Assembly: GCA_951406725.2 (NCBI GenBank)
Contig: OX597816.1
Location: forward strand, 77,190,001-77,254,000
Length of the DNA: 64,000 bases
Origin: Octopus vulgaris
Lineage: Eukaryota
Direction of reading: 5' to 3'
Position numbers and translations under genes: made by a program. Under the pieces are notes generated by a model. The model made no database searches. It was given only the letters and a program-made list of their open reading frames with translations, and was not told where the DNA came from. Shown here piece after piece: positions 13,701 to 25,000 of the stretch (position 1 is the first letter of the stretch; every line of letters starts with the position of its first letter).

Positions 13701-15957
13701 GGTAGGGCACATGCATTTCAATGCTGCTGTTAGAATAAGCTCGTACATTTTGGGGTACTGATCACAATGATCTGAAGGGTCAGAAGGTCAAATGGGCTGA
13801 GTGATACAAGTGTAAGACTGAACAACAACAAAAACAATATCTAACATAAGTAAATGGTCACACATTTTAGGTAGGGTAGAGTAGAGTTAAATAAATTGAT
13901 TCCCAGTACTTGAGTAGTACTTTATTTTATTGACTCCTGAAGTTAAAAAACAGATAAAGTCAAACTCAATAACATTTGAATTAGTGATGTAAATGGAAGT
14001 AACTATCACAAACCATTTCCTTTGGCACTCTACCAAACCAAGAATACATAAAGTTGTCAAATACAATTCTTAGCGGGAGGATTTTTTTCACTATATTCAA
14101 TGTAATGACAATCTCATCGTTTTCTAAATAATTTTCTGACTTAACAACAAACCTACTAGTACCTAAAAAAGAACTAACGTTTTTAAAGTTCATGTTTGTC
14201 TCAACTGTACAAGAAGCCTAAATGAAATGGAACGTCTTTACTCGGGAAGCCCAACAGATTCAGTTTGCCAGGAGCTTCTCATTCTATGGATATTGCATAC
14301 AGTCTATTTCTACAGTTACAGAAGTGTTCATATCAAAGCTGTCTCCCTAACTGGTTTGTATTGATTAGGATAACTTTAACTAACATGACTGTTGCTCAAA
14401 ATGTTACTATGTGGCACCCACATTTCTTATAATCTTTAAAGATGTTTTAAGCTCTTGATTTAGAGAAAACAATGGCCAGTTAGGAATGCTACAATTCCTC
14501 ACAAATCTCAGAACCAAAACATAACTGATTAGGGCTACACATCATAATCAAGATCTTATCCTGGGTCCTTCAACATCCTTGAAGCTGTACAAGAACACTC
14601 AAGATTTTTTTTTATTTTGAGACCTAGCAGAATCCATCCATCTCCAAGTCTAAACAAACAGTGAATTTCTTCTAGAAAACAGAACAATTGATGGACAGAA
14701 AGTGATAAGAGAAGAACCAACCACAATACAGGACTAGTACTTTGTCAGCTCTAAAAGGATAAAGGACAAAGTTGACCCCAGAAAGATTTGAACTCAGAGC
14801 ATAGAGAGCCAAAATGATTACTGCAAAGTAATCTCCTCAATGCACTAATGATTCTGACAATTGGTTGCATTGTCACTAACAATAATTAATAGTAGAGAGA
14901 GAGAAAAAACAACAGTTAAAATAATAGAAAGGTATTTTACACAGCTCATCTTAGTTGCTGTAACTGATATTTCCCAGATCTTCCTACAGCAGAACCAAAC
15001 TGACAAGAAACTGAAGCTTTAGTTCATTCAACTGCTGTCATATACTTTATCAGGGTCTTCATTAAATACTTTGTTATTAAGGTGAAACACCTAAATCTAT
15101 TTTCTTTTAATGATGAAATATAATTTCTTGGCAAAATGTCTTGTGGGTAGTGTTCTCAAACTTAGATCTTGAATAAATAATTACAATAGATCACAAGTTT
15201 ATCTATTATTCCTTATCAAAACCCAATCATACACTTGACACCACTCAGTGGCCAATATGACCAACTGTACATCAGATGCTGTCATCAAGTACATGACCAT
15301 TACCTCCATAAAAAGAATTTCCAAGTTTTTCTGTAAATATTAAGAACACCAGAATATGAAGCGTATTAAGATGATATAGATAGAAGATTAAAAGAAAGAA
15401 AAACAAAACAAAACAAAAACAGAACCAAAACAATAAAAGAAATGAAAGGAGGAAAAACTGTGTTAGTGTCAATAATAAAATGAAAACAGAAAATTAAAAA
15501 AAAATAAAGACAGCAGTTGATGAGTACAACATGATATCCATTTTGATATAATATCACAAATACAAGAGCAACAATCGAACTGTTGTAAGAACTGTGCAAG
15601 CAAAAAGCAATAAGAAGTGCAGCTGACATACCAGTGTCATTTAGAAGTATGGCCTCTGTGGCTACAAGGGCAGCAGGTAAGAAAGAGAAATCTCACAGTT
15701 AAACATCCAGACAATAAAGGACAGATTGTTGCGCATTGTGCCAATGCACATCAAACTCTCCAGGCATCACCAATCATATTAGATCTAGCATTGTCCTGGG
15801 GACATGGGGGGCACACACACACATATACATACATATATATGTATAAATACACATACATACATATGTATGTATACATAACTATGCATTCACATGTACACAC
15901 ATGTACATACATTTATACATGTGTACATATACATATACATACAGATATTTACATGTG

Positions 15958-16006
<49 letters not shown>

Positions 16007-19000
16007 TACATATGTGTATGTGCGTGCACGTGTGTGTGTGTGTTTGTGTAGCCACTGGTGAATCCTAGTATTACATATGTATATGATAGCATTGCCATCA
16101 GAACTAATCAAAGATGTAGCACTGCACAGATATAGCTCTTAGCTTGCTCCTTGTAATATTTCGCAATCATGTCAATATACTCCGTATATATATATATATA
16201 TAACTCAGGACAATGCTAGAATTTGTTTTACAATAATAATAATAATAATTATTAATATAATAATAATAATAATGGCCAATCTCTGACAAGCTTTCTGCAA
16301 AGTAATATAAATGATTAGTATCATGTCAGATATAATGTTAACAGTCATCAAACGCTTACCTGAAGATATGTGTAGATGTGTTATGCTTTAGAATCAGACC
16401 TTCATTTTTAGTTTCATTACTGACATTTTCTACTGAATATTTTAATTAACTAAACTTAGCAAGCTAATGAAATTCTAATTTAGTGGTAACTTCTACAGGT
16501 GTTTCTTACAGGAGTGGAATATATAATGTAGGCTAAAAGTCTGACAATGAATACATGCCTGCTACACTGGGAGACATGCAACATCCAAATAGGGAAGTCA
16601 TATATGTTTGGTTTATTAAATATAATATTTCTACACCTTTACAAACAAGTTCAGTAGAGTTAAGATGTTGTGTGTAATTACTGTTATTAAAATACTAGAA
16701 ATAAAGTAGAATGCATAAACTGAAAGCCAGAATTGAGAAACTGAAGAATCAAGAAGAGAAGATGATGAGGGAGGTCACATGAAAAAATGTAAAATGATGA
16801 GTCTGCAAAGCAACTAGCTTTAAACAGATTTTGAAAGTATATGAAAATTCTCAGATAAATGAAATGTATAAATACTATTTTGTGTGAGATGTGTAGTGGA
16901 GGGCAAAAGAGATTCTTCAATTATGCAGCAAAAATCTCTCAGAAAATCATACTGGTGACATGATGAAATGTATCCAGTCCGTAACATAAAGTGGTTGATG
17001 CTAGGAGGGCTATGAAGCTTTAACAAAACCAAATAAATATAACAGCAAAGATTGGCACTTTCCTCTGTTGGTGGTGTATTTGCCAGATGAAGAAGAAGCA
17101 TAACAAGAAGCAAAAGTAGTAAGAAAAATGAGTGTGTTGGAGACAACCCTAACAATGTCAGCCCCCATCCACAACAATGACAAGAAGTAAAATACTGAGT
17201 AACCTGTCCAACTCATTTCCGAATGTATAAGTTAAAATTAAATGTAAACTGGTGATAATAATTATCTATAGATAGGAAAAGTGAGCTTTGGGAAATAAAC
17301 CAAAAAAGTTCATGGCATGAATTTAAATTATTTAGATAAGTGGGTAATGATGTACTGAATGATATTCAAACAATAAAAATTCTTAATGAATTGAAATTAG
17401 CTTTGTAGCAGGAAAAACATACACCTAGTGGTAATTGTTAGCAATTTCAAAAATATTAAAAACTAATTTCACAAAAAATTTCATTTATTATTCTTAGAAG
17501 GAGAAAGCTCAACTCTGTTAGTAAAGACTTCGACCATATTAATCTTATCATCTCCAAGAGGTTGCAAAGGTCATGAATACTGCACCTTACTCCTAACAAA
17601 ACCATATAACAAATTAAAGCAGTCTTGGGAAGCAGAGTCTTTTCTAGTAAGAGGAAAAAAACAAGTGGAGATGTTACAGTATTAATATCAATAGGGACTA
17701 AACTGGTGGTCAATGCAGAAACTGGGGATAGACAAGTGGTTGGTAAAAGTTGTACAGGGATGCTGTCAGTAAGGTGAGGGTTAGCAATGAAGTAGGGGTT
17801 CACCAAGGATCAGTCCTCAGCCCCCTCTTATTCATTATAGTCCTCCAGGCAATAACAGAGGAATTCAAGACAGGCTGCCCCTGGGAGCTCCTCTATGCTG
17901 ATGACCCTGCTCTAATAGCTGAGTCACTGCCAGAACTAGAGACGAAGTTTAGGGTGTGGAAGCAAGGTCTACAATCGAAGGACCTTAGGGTTAACCTGGC
18001 AAAAACCAAAGTCTTAGTAAGTAGGAAGGTTGACAAATCACAAATCCCTTCAGGTAGATGGCCCTGCTCGATCTGTAGAAAAAGCATGGGCAGACACTCC
18101 ATACTATGTACCCAGTGTAAGCTATAGACGCATCAAAGGTGCAGCATGAAAGGAAGGTTAACCAGGAAGATAGTTTTTGTATGTGGCAGATGCACAGGGA
18201 CAATAAACATTGAGGATGTACAGAAAACAGATTCCATCACATGCCAGATGAAAACTAGAAGCAGTTAATAGCTTCCACTATCTAGGCAACCAAGTCTGTA
18301 TTGGGGGTAGTTGCTCTGAGAGTGTAGCAGCTAGAATAAGAATAGTCCGGGCAAAATTCACAGAGCTCCTACCTCTGCTGGCAACTAAGGGCCTCTCAAC
18401 TAAGGTGGTGAAGCCTGACCTTCGAACATTGGGCCTCACAGAGGCAATGACAGAAGACTGAGACCTTTGGAGATATGCTGTGATTGAGAAGACCCAGCAA
18501 CTAAAGTGAGGTTGCAGCCATGGCCGATAACAGTGTTGCATGTCCAGCCCATTTAAGAGTACCCTTGATGCATCGGGCGATATGATATGCTTGAGATCTG
18601 TTGAAGACAGTAAAACCAAAATCGTAGCTGTGGCCAGTGCCCGACTGGTTCTCATGCCAGTGGCATGCAAAAAGCACCATCTGAACATGATTGATGCCAG
18701 GCCCATCTGACTGGCTCATAAAAAGCACCCACTACACTCTCAGAGTGGTTGGTGTTAGGAAGGGCATCCAGCTGTAGAAACATTTGCCAGATCAGATTGG
18801 AGCCGCTGGCTCTCCAGACTTCAGTCAAACTGTCCAACTCATGCCAGCATGGAAAATGGACATTAAACAATGATGATGAATGTAAACAGATCAATGTGGT
18901 AACTATTCTAAATGTAATTTAGTATTCAAGAGATATGCCATTATCAAATATGAGGAAACTGCTCGTTTGTGACTGATTTGATTAGGACAAAGAGAGAGAG

Positions 19001-22000
19001 AGAGGAGACATCTCTACATTGGAGGTTATCCATAAGATTTAGAAATGTAAAATGAATTTTCTACTTACAAAAGCCCTTTTATGTTACTTATCAGTGAATG
19101 ATCAATAAGTGATGCAGTAAAGGTCCATTTTGATAGAACCACTGACATAATTAATGAACAACAGTTTAATATGAAAGACAACAAGAAATGGATATTTGTA
19201 CTACCTGAACATAAGGGAACAGATCTTTGAGATATTAATAAATCAAAGAGGCAGGATCAGTGCCCATGGATTTTTGTTGGCCCCACCTGACTATTGAAAT
19301 CAATGGTGTTCACTTACAACTTTTGTAGGTCAACATCTGCAGGAGAAAAGTGGACTAGGGGTGGAGGGCAGAGGTCCACAGGTCAGTGATATAATGCTTA
19401 AGCAAGTATTTAACATAAGATCTTCAAGGCATTGAGGCATATCAAGGACAAGAAATGATGGGTGCATCAGGTAAGTTTTCATGGCTGTGGTATTAGTATA
19501 AGCTTAGATTAACGAGAGAGAGGTCATTGTAGCCATAGCAGAAAATGCAGAGAGAAAAGATAGCGTATTTGTGAGAAAGCCATTGTAGAGCATTGCTGAT
19601 TTTGGCAACCTGCAAAATGGTGTTCTTTCGGATGCAATTTAGGATATTTGAAAATCTGGTAGCAGTTACAGATAAGATATATGAAAATATTCTTATGCGG
19701 GTTGCATCTAACATTTACAGTACAACTGATCAGAGTTGAAAAAGAAATCTAGTCTTCAATATATTGAGTTCCATTACATCTTGTGAAGTCATCCCAAAAA
19801 TTGACTGAGCTTGTGAGGTCTAGCACTTATAGAAATTGAGTGATTTAGCTGTGTGTTGAAATATGAGGAAAATGTGATAGAAATTTGGTGCTGTTGATGA
19901 GAGTAGGTGTGTCATGGCATCATTGATAAATGCTTTCAGGTGCTTTGCCCATGGCAGCTGTGCTGATTGACAAATGAAAGGTAGGTCATTGACATAATTG
20001 AGTGAGGTGCCAGAGTTTATAGAGTTTATTAGAGTGAATAGCTGTTGAGACAAACACAGTGCAGCCAGAGGTCAAGTTTTGGATCCAGGCAAATAGTTTA
20101 GAATTAAGACTATATGAAGGAAGTTTGATAAAGAAAAGAAATCCATCATGATAACAATTGAAACAGAAGTTTCCAAAGAGAGTTACTAAGATACCCAAAA
20201 ACAAGTTCAATATCTCATATAACCAGAAAACTCCAGCAAATTAAAATTAATTGAAAGTAAGCGACCAATAACTCAAATTTGAAATGGTAATTTATAAAAT
20301 TAGTAAAAATTTTTAATAAATTATGTATAAAAACAAAAAATACATACAAAATTAAATCAAATCAAATACAGAAAATTAAATTATTGGTGCAGTAATGAGT
20401 GTTCAAACACAAAAGAAACAGAAAGATGTATTAGAAAGCATTATTCCTATAACTTCTAATTAGAAATGGAGATATATGCTGAATGATTTCATCAGAAAAG
20501 CAGAAAAAAAATGAAACTTAGGCATGCAGTATTAACATGAATCAAAAATCTTGTATAAATTACTTTGTAAAGAAAGACTAAATTTCAAATTTTCTAATTG
20601 AAGTAAAACATAAACATTTGAAAAGATTTAAGTAACTTTAATGCTTTGTTTTATACAAATGTTAGACAATCAAACACAAAATATCCAATTCTAATTTCCT
20701 ACACTAGCTTGTACCAACATCTCCCCCCCCACACACACACACACACTCTCTCAGCCTCTCTTGCTAGCGATTCTTCATTAGTCATTCTTCAACAACTACA
20801 CTGAAATCCATGCAAAGGACAGTTGTATAAATACTTACTGTAATAATTAAAATAATATTACTTATTGACCAGTATAATTTTTTTTTCTTCATCAAATAAT
20901 TATTTCTCAATAAATCTTTAATGCCCACTACATTAAATATGTTAACACTATCTTAAAACATTCAGTGACTATCATGAATTTAGATTACTTAGATTCTGTG
21001 AAGATATTCAAACACTTTTTTACTTTTTATTTTTCTTATGTTTGTTTTCTGCTGTTCCTATCTTTTTCCTTCTGAAAACCTATTACCAATTTAAACAAGA
21101 GAACTGTACACACGCAAATTTCAACGACAATAAACCTATCAAATAAATGCCTACGTCCACAATATCCAATTTTCTATGATGGAAATTAAGAACAGAAGGG
21201 AATGAAAAAATTGAACAAAGAAAATTATCAATGCCAGGCCCACCTGACTGGCTCCTGTGCTGGTGGCATGTAAAAAGCACCCACTACATACTCAGAGTGG
21301 TTGGCGCTAGGAAGGGCATCCAGCAGTAGGAACATTGCCAGATCAGAATGGAGCCTCGTGCAGCCACTGGCTCTCCAGACCTCAATCAAACCATCCAACC
21401 CATGCTAGCATGGAAAATGGACATATGATGATGATAATAAAAATTGTATTTCTTTTCGTTTCTAGCTGGAGAAAAAAAAAATCGACTTTTGAAAAAGATA
21501 TCAATATTATTCTTTCAAAAGAAACCTCTCCAAATTTCACCTCAAAATTACTACAATACTCTATACACATTCTACCTCAAACAGGTATATATAACGACCC
21601 GTCTCTTAACCTGCACACAGCAACCTATCTCTATATACACTAACCTGCATCTTGGGTTCTAGCACTGTGCTGCAATCCCAGCAAAAGGTAATCCTGTCTT
21701 ACTTAATTGTCCCACAATGAAGGGTACACTCACTATTGTATGCTGTACAAGGCACTATATATTTGACAAATGTTTCATGGAGCTTAACTCATCACTAGGT
21801 ATGACAGCAACGAAATGTCACATAGTAGTACCTGGTTAATATCTCTCTCAGTTTAAAAAAAAATCAAAAATAGGATTGTGTACGATGTATATTTCCTTTT
21901 GCACCTTACCTCCTCTGGTAGAATGCTCCACTGAGTAGTTGTGCATAAGTATTATACATTTTGATTTTTACTTTGAGAGGTAAAGTGAATGTTGTCATTC

Positions 22001-25000
22001 GAAATAAAATTAAGAACTAAATGTTTTCTTTTTGCAAAAGTCTACAGCGATTCCCCACCTCCACTCTTGATTCAATATCATTAAATTGGAAATTGTTCAT
22101 TAATTAAAAAAACTTACAGACAGAAATAGACCACAATGCTAAGGAAAAGAGAGGAATTTGATACTGAAACTTACATAGGAGCATGTTATAAATGGGTAAC
22201 CAAAATGCATGTTATACATGTATTTTGGTTACCCATTGTGAATCATTGCATTTCTCACAGCAAGAGTAAAAGGGAGTGCCAGTAACTTGACACAGAACAA
22301 ATATTGCAAAGGACTTCATTCAAAGAGCCCATTTTGGAAGTTTTTTTCACATCAGTGAAAGATACATCAATGTAATTCCACACAGTTTTTGTCTATGAAA
22401 GCTCATTCATTAAAGTATTGGTTTTTTACCTAGTGTTACAGTAAAATATACTTGCTGTCCATAGAGCCACACCGTGGGATCAAACCCAGAGCCCCAGAGT
22501 TAGGAAGCAAGCTGTTGAACCAGACAATCGTCATAAGTCCCCACTCACCCTTTTAATGGCTCATTCAGAAGAGGAAAGACAACACAACTAACACTTTTTC
22601 AATGATGAGAAAAAGATAAGAAGCCATGTTCCAACTTGGCCTGAATCCGAACAACAGAGTAATTCTCTGCTGAAGGCGGTGATGTTAAAGTAAGTGATGG
22701 TTTAAATATCAGAATTTAATTACATCAATACTCTGCATAATCTAACCTCTGAGAGATATAGCACCAGCATAATTCTTCTCCATAGATTTTTTTTTACAGT
22801 TTGTTTATCATTCATCACATTCAATGAGAACTTCTATCAACATCAAGTGAATCTAAATTATGTTTTGAATGCAGAGACTGCTGCAAGCTTGGAACATTCT
22901 TCAGTAGTGTAAATCAAGATGACTAGCACCACACAAGAATATTTTTGTTAGTAACAGATTTCTGTTTTCATTGTTCGGCTGCTACTAAACCTTTGTCAAG
23001 AAACGACAGCACAATATCTATCAAGATTGACATCAAAAACTTACAACAAAATCTTCAAGAAGTCCTAAGAACATCTACTCAAATAGCATCTCACCTTATA
23101 ATGTCCGTACAAGCAGAGTTGTTTCCCTTGCAATCATTTCCGCCAATAACAATAAAAGAGAACGAGTAACTATTGTCACGAACCAAATGGAAAAAATATT
23201 TACTTGAAGGGAATACTTGAGGTTGAAGGGAAATTGTGGAAGAGGTAGACCTGGGATGAGGTGGTGAAGCATGACCTTCGGAAATATGCTGTGCTTGAGA
23301 AGACCCAGTAAGCTAAGTGAGACCATAACCCATGGCCAGTGCCAGTGGTGTAACCAGCCCACTTAGGCGTATCTTTCTTTCATTGGATACTAAACTGCTT
23401 ACAAAGACCTGTTGAGGGAAGTGAAATCGAAATCAAATTTGATGACAGCACCACATGAATGGCATCCATGCTAGTGGAGCGCTAAGAGCACCATCCGAGT
23501 GTGATCGTTGCAAGGACCACTGACTGGGCCCCGTGCCAGTGGCACGTAAAAGGCACCATTCAAACGTAATCGTTACCAGCGTTGTCTTACTGGCACTTAT
23601 GTCGGTGGTATGTAGAAAACAACATTAGAGCGAGGGCGTTGCCAGTGCTGCTGGACTGGCTCCTGTGCAGGTGATAAGTAAAAACAGCATTTGAGCGTGG
23701 CCGTTACCAGTACTGGCTGGCCCTCGCGACGGTGGCACGTAAAAGCACCCACTACACTCTTGGAGTGGTTGACGTTAGGAAGGGCATCCAGCTGTAGAAA
23801 CTCTGCCAGATCAGATTGGAGCCTGGTGCAGCCATCAGGCCCACCAGTCCCCAGTCAAACCGTCCAACCCTTGCCAGCATGGAAAGCAGACGTTAAACGA
23901 TGATGATGATGAACTAAAACCAAAAATCTTTCTCATCTTGAAAACTGTACAAGATGTCAAAAAACTAATTGTATATTTGAAATCAGCATTAAAACTACAC
24001 TAAGTATACCTTGATATATGCTTGATGAAAAATACTTGTTGACCAGTGTTATTAAAACAAACATCGACATTTCCACAAAACAACTATAGATGAAACAATA
24101 TCACATTTTTAGATAGTATTTTGAAGCATGAGCATTCTATCTGAATTCTTAGGTTTCTCATAAAGTAATTAATGGAACAACAATATAATCTAAATAATGA
24201 CAGAAAGTAGATGAGATACGTCACTACTGCTTAGAGTTCACAAAATGTTGCCAAGAGAAAGAAGTTTCCTTTTCTTCACAGCAAAATAATTTATTTTACT
24301 TAACAATCTCTACATAATTTATTATTGGCCAATACTGAAAAATCATTAGTTTCTCTGGATTCTGTAGTTTCACTAGTTACACAGAGTTATGATAAAATCT
24401 CAGAAATAGCCACACAGTTTTAATAAGACCCCAATACTGTATTAATAAGACATCCCCCACCTGATATTAAGTATATACAGTTGTGATGACATCCCACAAC
24501 AAACAACATAGCTGAAGATATGATAGATAAGATGTAGCTGTGATAAGAAAACAGAACTAGTTACTATTTAAGTAATAGCTACACCTAGTTGTGATTAAAA
24601 AGAAAAACAAAACTACTGAGTTGAGTACAAAAACCCAGCTTGAATCCTTGCTGAAAACCATTACACATCACTTAGGATTTTTGCCTACAAGTCTAATCAA
24701 ACTTTAAAGCTTAAATAAGTATAAACTCTGCAAAGGTACCTGGAGAAAAAGGATTGTGTGAAAGTTCAAAATACTACTGTAATTACAGAAGATTGTCATA
24801 CATCTAACTAATTCCAAAGACTCTTAGAATTTTAGTAATTAATTTTTATGAAATATCTATGCCAAATAAATGCATAAATCTTACCTGTATCCAACTGCAG
24901 AATAGTTCTCTCTGACATGGTAATCTTACCCATTTGACTGTTACTTGAAGTACGAATACTGAAAGAGAAATTAAGATTACATTTTACCATCATAATAATC

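Noticed and set aside
16360-16432. Strong donor CAG|gtaagc at 16360
   Set aside because: No acceptor gives a symmetric stop-free exon (26, 60, 70 and 73 nt tested) and pyrimidine tracts are poor.
19318-19336. 19-nt unit with strong splice signals (ttttctcctgcag...gtaagt)
   Set aside because: Lies in the 3' end of a decayed LINE and is not frame-preserving.
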